Positions 46,731 through 58,079 of a DNA stretch of 64,000 bases are shown here, in pieces; position 1 is the first letter of the stretch; the number at the start of each line of letters is the position of its first letter. The translations under genes were made by a program, and so were the position numbers. The stretch is from NCBI RefSeq assembly GCF_000143415.4, contig NW_003314337.1, forward strand, positions 202,559 through 266,558, in the 5' to 3' direction. Source of the DNA: Selaginella moellendorffii. Lineage: Eukaryota; Plantae; Lycopodiophyta. Under the pieces are notes generated by a model. That model was not told the origin of the DNA and did no database searches. It was given only the letters and a program-made list of their open reading frames with translations.

Positions 46731-49700
46731 ATCCAGTAAACTCTTTATCATTTTGATTATGATTTCAAGGATCCTTTAGCCTATGACATCTTGGGAGTTA
46801 GTTCCTTACAATTCTACCACCCATAAAAAAAGTTCAATACCCATATCAAATGTCTCTTTTTAGTCCTAAATTTGTTGACCATGTCTACAGGGGCATTCCC
46901 CCACTTAGTAGTGTGTATAAGTTAGCCTCCCCAACTAAGAGCCCATGACTAAAGGATATAGGTGTCCTTATACCCTTTACCATGCTCTAGTATAGGGTTG
47001 GGATTTTAACTCAACCTTATTTAGCTAAAGGTTAGGACTCGAACCCAACTTCCGTAGAATTTTTTTATAGATTTGACATCCCTACGAAGAGTTAGGAGTA
47101 GCTCCCTATACCTAGTTATCTTAGCTAACTTAGGCTAATTAGCTTACTTTCAACATGCCTTTGGGTCCCAACACATGATATTGCTCAATTTCACAAGTGG
47201 ATACTTTAATTGAACTTTGCATAAGTATATAGAGTTTTATCTTGCAAAAAATCCTTTACTAGATCTCATATGTTTGCTAAATTTTCCTTTAGTTCCCATG
47301 TTACTTCACAATGTAGAAATCTTTTCCACTTCACATAGAACTCCCTCACCTTATATCCTTGTCATTTGCTTTTGCACTCATTAAGGATGGCCTCAACTTT
47401 GTATTCCTCTTTCTCTTGGATAATTTTGGGTAAAAGGTTTTACTTGGTCTTTGCAAAATAGATCCTCAAAGTACAACTTGAGTAAGTTCACGTGAAACAC
47501 ATGGTGCATCTTCCCCATCTCTCGAAGAAGTTAGAAGTGATAAACCATTTTTACCAATTTGAGCCTCAATCTAATAAGGCCTTGTTAACTTGCTTAAGGA
47601 ACTCAAGATTAGTTCATTTCCAGAAATACATGCATTTTACTTTTGGGTCAACTTCCGACTAATCCCACTTGGTAACTTTAGGTTCTTGGTGTTCAACCAT
47701 ACCTTGTCCCTAGGTTGGAACTTCTGGTTTGCATATTTAGTATTTAGCTTATTCCAAAGAATCCCTCACTAGATTCCAAATGTTAAGTTTTTCTGCCATG
47801 AACATCTCTATTGCAGGTAACTTTCCATGATACTCAACTACACTGAATTTTATAAGACTTTCAATAGTTCACCCATTTATGACTTCCCATGGACTCACCT
47901 CGATACTCAAATGTTGTGAGTTGTTATAGCACATTTTCACAAGTCTGAAATAACTTACCCAATCAATTTAGTCTCTAAAGACATAACATCACAAATAATC
48001 TTTCAGCTACCTATTCACCCTTTTTGTTTATCCATTTGTTAAGAAGAGTTATTGCCATTAAATTTAATTTAATACTCAATACCTATCTGTGGGTGATAGG
48101 TTGTGTTGAATTTCAACTTGGTGTGATACTGTTCCAAGAGAGTTCTTTAGAACCTACTAGTAAAAATCTTATCTCGATCTAAAATAATCTCTTCTAGCCT
48201 TTATTGCACTCGAACCACTTGTTCAAAGAACAACTTCACCACATCTTCTGGATCCATTTCTATTGTGGTGGGTATGAAATGTGCTATCTTCAAAAACCAA
48301 TCCGTCACTACAAATATGGCATTAAACCCCTTGCTTGGGGGGAGTCCCATGATGAAGTCCATTATAAGACATTTCCACAAACAATTTAGAATTGTGAGGC
48401 TTTGTAACAAGCCCCACTAGCCTTAGTCATGGTTTTGACCTGCTGAAATGTTGAACATATTTTTACATAGTTTTGGACGTCTTTAGTCATGTTTGGCTAT
48501 TGATATTTTCTCTTGAATAAGTGTATTGTTTTGGGCACTCCACTGTGTCCTACATGAGGTCCATCATGACACTCTTCTAAGACTACCTTCCTTAATTCCC
48601 CTTAAGAAACATACACCCTCATTTGTTTATAATATATGAGTCTATTATATTCTGCATAACTTGTCCTCTTTTCTATAGTTGGCTTGCCTTTTGGTGAGCA
48701 TTCCATGCCTCTTGGCTCTTTAACAACACTTTTTGTGTTAAATCATCGTTCTTATATGTTGTTTGCACATCATCCCAAAAGGTTGTTGTCGCATTGAATA
48801 TTGCGAACTTTAAACTTGCTTTTCGACTTAAAGCATTACTTTTCCTAGGTTTATACAGAATCTCGCAATTGAATTCGGCCAAAGCATTGGCCTACTGACT
48901 CTATTTTGTTTACAAGTTAGGCTGTGAAAAAAAGTGTTTTATTGTCACATAATCCATGTAAACATTGAAGTGCCTCCTAATACAGTTGTAAGTGACTAAT
49001 TTTTTCATTCTACTTTAGTCACTTAACCACACCTCCAACCACTCGAAAGAGTCTCACTCACAACCTTTATAAGTCTTATTTCAGACTTGAGGCTTGCTAG
49101 CTTTGAGAATGGCATCTTTGCCACTCAACTTTTACACTTAGTCCATGTGCTCCATATGTCCAATCCCAAGATCGACACCCAAAGGTACCACCAACATATT
49201 AGCCCGTTATGCTAAGGCCATGTCCATTCATCTTTGCCACACTAGTGATCCAACATCACTTGCATCACAATCCCGTCTCTCAAACATTGGGCAATTTGTC
49301 TATGAGTGGTCATCCCCAATCCATTCCTTAGCATCCTTAGATTGCCTATGGATATCGGGAACAACCTTCCCTAATATCCCTTTTTCAGTCCCCACTAAAT
49401 CCCTTTTTGTCCATAGTCATGTTTGCTTACACTACCATTAGGTCAAGGCCCACAGGCCTGACCACCAAGTTCTATTGTCCTTTGGGACTTCCACACCATG
49501 ACTCTAACCTTGGTAACAACATTAGAGGATTGCCCCTCTTCCTTTCTACAGTCAAGGATTTTAGGACAACATTTTGGAACACCATAACCCTACACGAGCC
49601 TCATAGGTGCTCTCCCCACCTTCTACCTTTGGGTGCTCTAGCCATGGGTTTAAAGCAAGGTTCTGTTGAGCCACGCTAGGTATCCAAGTAGGTAGTGCCA

Positions 49701-49829
49701 CCCACGTTTGGACTGGGAGCATTGACCATTCAATCTTTTAGGGGAATTAGAGCCGGCTCTTGAACACTTCACCAAGCTACCCCACTTGTCAATACATATT
49801 CACTCTAGCCTTGGACTTCCCAGTGGTTT

Positions 49830-50080
49830 GAACTCGAACTTGGACTTAGTCTTGGACTTAGTCTTGATCTCGGTCTTAGTTCCATCTCGGGTCCATCTTG
49901 GACTCCATCTCAGGTCCATCTCAGACTCCATCTCAAATCCTTCTCGGACTCCATCTTAGGTCCATCTCAGATCCATCTTGGACTCCATCTTGGGTCCATC
50001 TCGGACTCCATCTCAGACTCCATCTTAGACTCCATCTTGGGTCCATCTCTGGTCCATCTCAGGTCCATCTTGGACTCCTT
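49830..50080. repeat. 12-bp tandem repeat (GGACTCCATCTY/GGTCCATCTC) inside an LTR
   Basis: Repeated (g/a)actccatct(c/t) units are directly visible. Confidence 0.85.
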
Positions 50081-51564
50081 CCATGTGTCATGTGTTGGTC
50101 CTTTTGTATCCCTTTTTTAGAAACTCATTTATTGCTTGTTTTGTGCTCGTTTCTTGAGCACTTCGTTGGGAGTTTCACTCCTGCTCTCGACCTTTTGAGT
50201 CAGAGCTTTTAGTCCATCTTGTTGACTATCCTTTTGGATATTCTTTCCTTATTACCACAATGGCAAGAAGTTGGAATTGTTGGACCCTTTATCAGTCCCT
50301 CTTGTGCTAATGGAGTTAACTAGGCATTTTGAGTGTACTTAAACCGGACAAATATAAGGACAGAATTTCTACATGCTATTAGCTAAGCATACTTAGCTTA
50401 GTAATGAGTTCCTATCTCATTGTGTCTTGCACTGGCTAGTGACAAGAACTCTGCATATTAAGACTAGTTTCTAAATATGGCTAGATGATACCTTACCGTG
50501 TCTATCAAAACACCCTGCTATCATTTATGTTAGTCTCATTCGGTTTTAATTGCTATTTATGAAAAGTGTCTAGATTTGCTAATTTGGCATATTTATGGAA
50601 TGTAAAGATTGTCTTGAACACAATGGTATTAATCCCATGTCTAAATTCACAATTTAACACTATTCCATATTTAGTTTCAAGCTTGTCCTAGCCTGGTACT
50701 AAGGGTGGCTAAGGGTGAAAGCCCAAAGCATATGTTCCTTAATGGGTAATACAACCCTAGCATAAAGGTGCATCCAAGTAAGGTAGCATCTAGGGGCGGC
50801 ACATTCGGGGGAGCCAGATCTGCAGCAGTAAGGTGCGGGGGAGGTTTCAGCTGAATAACAACCATAGGGGGGATATTAGGGATTTCAAATGTATAGTAAG
50901 GATAGTGGGTAGGTCAGGCATGGCCGACTAACCTAAGGCCTTATCTAGCTCTCATTTGCATGCCTGTCTTTGTTTTACATCTAACTTGGGTTTAAGCCCA
51001 AGTTCCATATTATGCTAGCTAGTGGAGTATCCATATCCTCGTGTTAGGCCACTAGTATGCTGAAATAGCGCCAGACTCTATTTAACTCCATTTTGCATGT
51101 TGGTCCTGGCATTGAGATGCTGAATGCTCTAGGATTGTTCCAAGTCACTCCGTGCTCATGTCCCTTCATTTCTTGGGTTGTACGCTCAGGAGTTGTTCTG
51201 TGCTCTAGTGCTGCCACTTCTTGGCTCCATGCTTAGGAGTTTGGCTTCATTTAGTGGCCCAAGGCTTTAAAACTTGGGTTCCATACCATTATCTTTGGAC
51301 ATGTCACATGGCACATAGATGGTTTAGGTTCCACTGTGGTTATCCTATAGTAAATCACCATAGGATAAAGGGTGAAAACCATGTGTGTTACATTTGGTAT
51401 TAGAGGATGAGTCTCAGGGAGTACTATCAAATGAGATTGTGCAATTAGTCTCGTTGCATACGCAGAGATGAAAATGATGATTCGAGTGGATAAATGTTTT
51501 GGTGTTAAGACTTTGCATTTGTTCCTTGAGTATAAATTTTGGTTACCTTTTTGTACTATATTAA

Positions 51565-51759
51565 TGTAAGCTCCTGAGTTTAGAGTTCCCAGAAAATCAC
51601 CCAGCCTAGTATTATTCAAACCCAAGGACACTTAATCCCAAATATTTCAAAACCTTTAATCAATTGGAAAAAGGGGTGCACTTTTGTTTATAGGTCCTTT
51701 CCTTTTATATTTGGACCCTTATGGATTGTCTCTCAAGTTGTTTCTTTTAGTTGCTTACA
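51565..51759. mobile_element. 195-bp solo LTR or miniature insertion in element D
   Basis: TGTAAGC...GCTTACA termini, flanks ATTAA/ATTAT, absent from the corresponding site of element A (about 25380). Confidence 0.75.
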
Positions 51760-52216
51760 ATTATACAAGCTTGCTCTTGAGCTTATAGGATGGATTGAGA
51801 TGTTTTGTATACACGAGTTTGTGCTTAGGCTTATAAGTGAGGCACATTAGCAACTCAAGGATATGCTTGAGTTGGTAAGATTAATNNNNNNNNNNNNNNN
51901 NNNNNNNNNNNNNNNNNNNNNNNNNNNNNNNNNNNNNNNNNNNNNNNNNNNNNNNNNNNNNNNNNNNNNNNNNNNNNNNNNNNNNNNNNNNNNNNNNNNN
52001 NNNNNNNNNNNNNNNNNNNNNNNNNNNNNNNNNNNNNNNNNNNNNNNNNNNNNNNNNNNNNNNNNNNNNNNNNNNNNNNNNNNNNNNNNNNNNNNNNNNN
52101 NNNNNNNNNNNNNNNNNNNNNNNNNNNNNNNNNNNNNNNNNNNNNNNTCAAACGATCAACCTTTAGTCAGTTGGCTTAGGGTGTAAGGGATAGGATCCTA
52201 ACATTGGTATCGGAGC

Positions 52217-55200
52217 CACTCCACTATGAGCCCTAGGGTAGGTTAAGTCCCTTACCCTAACATGCCTTAATATACCCTTGAGCCTCCCTTTGACCAATGT
52301 TGACCACGTAGTCAAAGCTGGCGCCTAACAATTTCCCCCCCCCCCCCCCCCCAACAAAGTCTTTGTCCCAAGGACGAGTTGTACCGGTGATCACCCTTTC
52401 TGGGGAACTCTGCTCAAGCTCTTGGTCCATTTTCCGCAGCCGTATACATCAAGGAGGCATTGGACCCGTCACTCTGAGATAGTACACCTTTCAACTAGCT
52501 GACATAAAATACTGGATGAATTTTCACCCCAGTTGGCAGCCGCACCCTATAAGCCGCTTTACCAATGCGCTTCAGCACTTCATATAGACTAGCATATCGA
52601 TAGGAAAGTTTATCACTCTTCTCTGTCCGTAAAGGCACCAAAGTGTTCTGCCGCTCACTTGACAAAAAGATCACGCGTACAAAGACGAGATCACCCATCT
52701 TATATTCCCGGAATTGGCAATGCTCATTGGTAAACTTCTCCGCTCTATCCTGAGCTGCTTGCAAATCCTGTTTGCACACCATCAGAATCTCATCAAGTTC
52801 TGTGGCCAAATCAGTTGCCTCAGAATCAAGCTTATCTTGAACATCCTTACTCAAATGCAATCCTAACTCCACAGCTGTTCAAGGATGCCTTCCAAACATG
52901 GCAAAGTAAGGATTTAGCTTGGTTCCACTGTGTTGGCTATTATTGTAAGCAAATTGCACCAACGGAAGATATAAATCCCACTGTCCTTGCCTTTGACCAA
53001 TGCTACAACGTAGCATATCCTCCACCACCTGATTCACATGCTCAGTTTGCCCATCCGTCTGAGGATGATCTCCACTCGAGAGTTTCAAAGTCACTTGCAT
53101 AGCCTTTGCAAAGCTTTTCCAAAATCCACTAGTGAACTTTGAATCTCGATCACTAATGATGTCCTCTGGCAAACCAAAATCAGGAAAAACCTTCTCCAAG
53201 TAAACCGCAGTCAAGTCTGAGGCAGTGACAGTCTTCCGAAGAGCCAACAACCGCACATACTTCATCAACTGATCCACTATGACCCATATTTGCTCCTTTT
53301 ACCTCTATGTTCGTGGCAAAAAGTGATGAAGTCCATAGAGATACTACACCAATGGCTCTAAGGAATAGGTAAAGGTTGCAAAAGTCCCCCCGGCTTCTCC
53401 CGTGGCACCTTAACCTGTTGACAAAGCTCGCATGATTTACAATACTTGAGGATATCAGCCAACTGTGTCAAAGGAAGAGCCACCTCTACAAACTTATGCT
53501 GGAAACGTCGGTAGTAACTAGCCATACCAAGAAAACTGTGCAACTCAGCCATTGTAATCGGTGTAAGCCAGTTTTCCACCACAGCCACCTTCCTTGGATC
53601 TGTCTTGATACCTTTAGATGTCACAATATGGCCTAGATATTCCACCTCCAACTTTGCAAATTCATATTTGCTCTTCTTCGCATAAAGTTTGCTGTCTCGA
53701 AGTAACAAAAGAACCTTGCGCAAATGCACTCTATGCTCCTCCATATTTTTGCTAAAAACAAGAATATCGTCCAAGAAAATCTCCACAAACTCATGAAGAT
53801 AATGCCCAAATACCTCCATCATCAACTGAGTAAATGTGGCAAGTGCATTCGTCAAACCAAATGGCATAACTGTAAACTCAAAATGTCCGAAGTTTGTGTT
53901 GAATGCCGTCTTGGAGATAGATGCATCATCCATTGCAATCTGATGATATCTACTCCTCAGATCAATCTTGGTAACACTCGTGCTTCACCAAGCTTGTCCA
54001 AGATATCATCCACACGTGGCATCGACATTTTATCCTTCACTGTCTTTTTGTTTAAAGCGCGGTAGTCAATACACATCCGCATTGAACCATCTTTCTTCTT
54101 CACAAGCAAGACCGGAGCACCAAATAGAGACTTACTTGGCTGAATAAATCCAAACTCAAGTAACTCCTTGACTTGTTGAACTTCTTGTTCCTCCGCATAA
54201 TTTAACCAAAATGGATGTCGATAAATTGGCCACGTCCCCGGCTCTAATGTAATCCCATGCTCCACACCTCGTAATGGAGGCAACCCATGAGGAAGTTCAT
54301 GTGGAAAAACATCAGAAAAATTGTCTAGTACATCCCATACTACTGCTTCTCCCCCATACATGCCTTAGTCCCCCAAGTCACGAACAAATAGCAAGTAACT
54401 TGAAAGTGCTTTTCCATTACGACAAGCCCACTTCAAAGATGTAGCAGAGAGCATAACAACTGGTGGTTGAACGCCCTTGCCAAACCACACATCTTTAATG
54501 CCACCATACTCCAGCGAGATATGCTTAATACTCCACTTTATCTCTGGATCCACCTTCACCAACCATGGCATCCCAAGAATGAGATCCACACAATGGATAT
54601 CCGTGAGATAAAAAGTCTTCACAAGTGTGGTTTTGCCAACCAACACTTCCAGCCCCTCGACACAAGCATTGAAATGCTGAGTAGAGGTAGCTGCACCTTC
54701 CACTGTGTATAGAAGAACGCTGCGTGTGACCAGGACATGCTCCGCAACAAACTTTGCCTAAACAAAGTTGTCATCACTCCCACTATCCAGTAAAATCCGC
54801 ACTGGATCGCCACGGAACACGCCCTCTAGCATTAAAGCTGATTCACGCGTATCCTCGAGCTCCATCTTGTTCCACACACAGTTGAGCTGATGAGCAACGA
54901 TCGAAAGTCGCTTCCTCCTACTAAAATGGTCGTTCTCCTCATCCTCACGCTGCAAAGTTTGCAACTTTTTAGTATCTGACTTACCGTGAGAAGAAGATTG
55001 GCCATTCTTCTTGTCCTGCTGCTTGTTCTTCATGTGCGGACAATCAACCTTGTAGTGTCCAAGTTCGCTACAATGATGACAACCCTGTCTATAATTCTGC
55101 ACAAAGAACTTCTGCTTCTTGGACCCCTTTGCATATGAAGTAGTCACCACCGACTTCAACTTGTGATGCTTGTTCCCATTCTTGTGTCCACGGCGATCAT

Positions 55201-56115
55201 CACGACGATTCTCGATAGAAGGACTCCGCGAACGCTTGCGAGACTTGTGCTTGTCATTATTAAGTTGACGAGCTACATCAAAGAGCTCCTCCAAACTCTT
55301 TGTAGGCTGAGAATGACGCAAGTGTTGCCGCATGCTCTCACTAGGTAGGCCATCAATGAAGTAGAACTTGTTCTGATCTGGATCCTTCGTTGGAACACGA
55401 CTAATCAAACAAGTAAGCTTCTCAATATAGTCCTCGAGTGTTATTTTCCCTTGCTAGAAATGTCGAAGTTCTATATAAGCATTCTCCACGTCATAATGAG
55501 GGGCAAAACGTAAACGGAAAGCAGCCTCAAACTCATCCATGGTAGATACTGGTGGTTTCTTATCGGCAATATGGGACTCCTCAAGCCAATTCCACCATCG
55601 AAGACCCGCATCACGCAAAACTATCGGAATAGCCACTAAAGCCTTTGCATCTGGAGTTCCTCTAGCAGCCAAGAACTTCTTCACATTGGCTAGCCAAGCG
55701 AGACACTCGTCCACACCACCATCACTGGAAAAAGTTGGAATCTTGAGTCGATCTACCAAAGAAGGCTTACTTGGAGCACTACCCTGTCCAGCCTCGAGTG
55801 CCTCAACACGCCTATGCATGGTATCCATCATGCCATGCATCTCGTCTTGCATCTCTTGCTGATTTTGATTAAGGGCTTGCAGCTCATGAACCACATCTTG
55901 AATGGTCCAAATCTCCTTAGCTTCATCGGCACCATCGTCGGCACCACCATCGACAATAGGATTCCAGCGTTCAACTTGGTCGGCCATCGCAACTAACTTC
56001 TCTGATACCAATGTTAGGATCCTATCCCTTACACCCTAAGCCAACTGGCTAAAGGGGTGATCACTTGATTGCAGGGCCCTTTCCTTATCCTATTATCCTG
56101 ACCTGGTGCCTAACA
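52217..56115 (-). mobile_element. Element E: Ty3/gypsy deletion derivative nested in element D
   Basis: 5' LTR 56012-56115 (TGTTAGG...CCTAACA), PBS TGGTATCAGAG, gag from ATG 55987, CHHCSELGHYKVDC, LLDSGS, FLDD, integrase core, poly-G PPT at 52336-52352, then an LTR start at 52330. RNase H is deleted. Confidence 0.88.
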
Positions 56116-56835
56116 ATGGCACTAGTGGATCTTTCCTAGGCATGATTATAAATGGATCAATCAAGATCATAGAGATTAGTCTATTAGTTAAAGTAGTCAT
56201 TGCCGTGCTTTCTCATAAACTTTTCTTATATTGGATTGAAGGCAGTGCGAATGTAAGCTTGAGGTTTGATCAAAGATGAGACCGAAAAAAGAGTTATCAG
56301 GGACAAAGGATCAAATACGTAAATCATTTTCTTTTATTGGAGATATAATTTGTAACAAGGTATTAACTCATTGTTCATGTTCACATTGCAATTGACAGTC
56401 CCTATCTTGATGCATGTTAGTTATTGTGGTTTTACAGGTGGTTAGTTGTGTGATGGATATTGGTGAAATGCTAAACCATTTTGTCTTAAGTTTCTTTACA
56501 ATGCTCAATTCGTTTTAGAAGAGCCTTGCTATTGCTCCTTGAGTTGCTTGGTATTAAATAAGTTTTAAGTTTGGTCAGAAAGAAAGTGGCATAAACTTAT
56601 CCATAAAGGTGACTATTGTGTCTTCCTTTTATAGCATTATGCTTGTGCCACGTTACACTTTACATTTTGTTAGATTATATGAGAGTAGTGAGCTCTCATT
56701 AATCCTAATTTAGTCTTGGTGGCCCTACACTTTCGCTGAATATAGTGATATCCAATTTAGTTGTTTGAGGTTAAGGTGTTAATACCTGAATTATAACTTT
56801 ATCTATGAGGAGGTTGTGTACCAATATAAGTTCAT

Positions 56836-57929
56836 TGTAAGGAATCAACTTCTCGAGGTGTTGTAGGGTAAAGGATCTCTGAAAACATGATTAAAATGAT
56901 AAAGAGTTCATTAAATGAGACAAAGTGCGACATCAAGTCCGAGACCAACTCTAAGACTGAGTCTGAGATCGAGTTTGGGACCGACTTTGAGATTAAGTTC
57001 GAGACTGAGTCTAAGACCAAGTTCAAGACTGAGTCTGAGATCCAAGATTGGGTCCGAGACCAAATCTGAGATTAAGTATGAGATTGAGTCTAAGGTTGAG
57101 TTCAAGACCTAGCTCGAAATTGAGTTTGAGACTGAATCCGAATATTAATATAGGTCTTGGGGTGAAAACCCAAAGCGTGTGTTTCCCAAGGAGGGTTGTA
57201 GGAGGTTCCAAAAGTATAGTAGGGATAAGAAGATCCAAGAACCAATTTTGAAAGAATACTTCAATTGTGCTTCCAAACTAACTTGAGGTTGAGATTGATG
57301 CTTAAGGGCCTTAGGTGGGAGTGAGCATGGATTTGGGTGGTGCTGAAGGGGCCACTTGAAGAAGTGTTCAAGAGCAACTCTCACTTTCAGAAGGGAAATC
57401 AACTGAAGTACTCCCGACTCATGTGAAGTGGTGCCCTATTTGAGTACTTTACAACTTATTTATCCTCACCCTTCTTAAGGGTTTAAGCCTTTCCTTCGGA
57501 ATGGTAGTGGGGGAGTAGGGGTACCCATACCGGGCCATTAGGCTATAGTGTTTCCCCCCAATGTTCTGAAGTTGTTGCATCTAAGGCTTGGGATTTAGAA
57601 TGTCCCATAATCAAATTTTGTTATACCAAGGGAGGTTAAGAACTTAGAGGCTTAGTGTGCTTGGTTGCTTGTGCTTATGGGGAGTGTGGCTGAACCTTAA
57701 GTCCAGTCTAACCCAGGGAGGGGGATTGGGAGACAATTTAGGAATTCGTGGATGGATGGCTAATACTTTATTGTTTATGTAGTGAGTTGTTAAAATCAAA
57801 TAAGACCAAGTAGGAGTTGGCATAATAGGCAGAAACCTTAGCAAAAGAACTTAAGTAAGGCCAAGGCCGTGATGATTGGACAGATAAAGTAAGCTAGCAA
57901 ATTGGAAAGGAAAAAATTTATGGCTTACA
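56836..57929 (+). mobile_element. Solo LTR (1094 bp) of the element F family nested in element D
   Basis: TGTAAG...CTTACA termini and perfect TSD TTCAT (56831-56835 and 57930-57934). The flanks join up to match the A interior near 34870. Confidence 0.92.
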
Positions 57930-58079
57930 TTCATTTCATGGTCTTCATTTTAGTTTTGATTAAATGTTGATCATGCATAACTAGCCTCTTCAAAGCATGC
58001 TCAAAGCTATTAGCTAGACATATTAATGAGTTTATTCCGATTGAGTTGGATTCGAGTGGTCATTTACTTCGTGCTTGTA

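Larger units (their letters stand above)
46218..50200 (-). mobile_element. Element F: decayed, internally deleted Ty3/gypsy element with repeat-rich LTRs
   Basis: LTR 46218-46810 (TGTAAG...CTTACA) is homologous to 56836-57929. Integrase and RNase H remnants at 47400-48975 (MDFIMGLPPSKGFNAIFVV, AEFNCEILYKP). A related LTR starts at 48987; its right boundary is uncertain. Confidence 0.75.
50218..58079 (+). mobile_element. Element D: older copy of the element A LARD family (5' LTR about 50218-51392, PBS, interior) carrying four nested insertions; probably continues beyond element C
   Basis: LTR ends ...GTGTTACA followed by TTTGGTATTAGAG. Interior pieces 51393-51885, 56116-56835 and 57930-58079 align to the A interior (25215-26125 and 34645-35020). 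Confidence 0.85.

Noticed and set aside
46337-46779. Leu/Asp/Ser-repeat ORFs (also 49898-50212 and 56832-57251)
   Set aside because: They are artefacts of 6/12-bp tandem repeats inside LTRs and are open in several frames on both strands.
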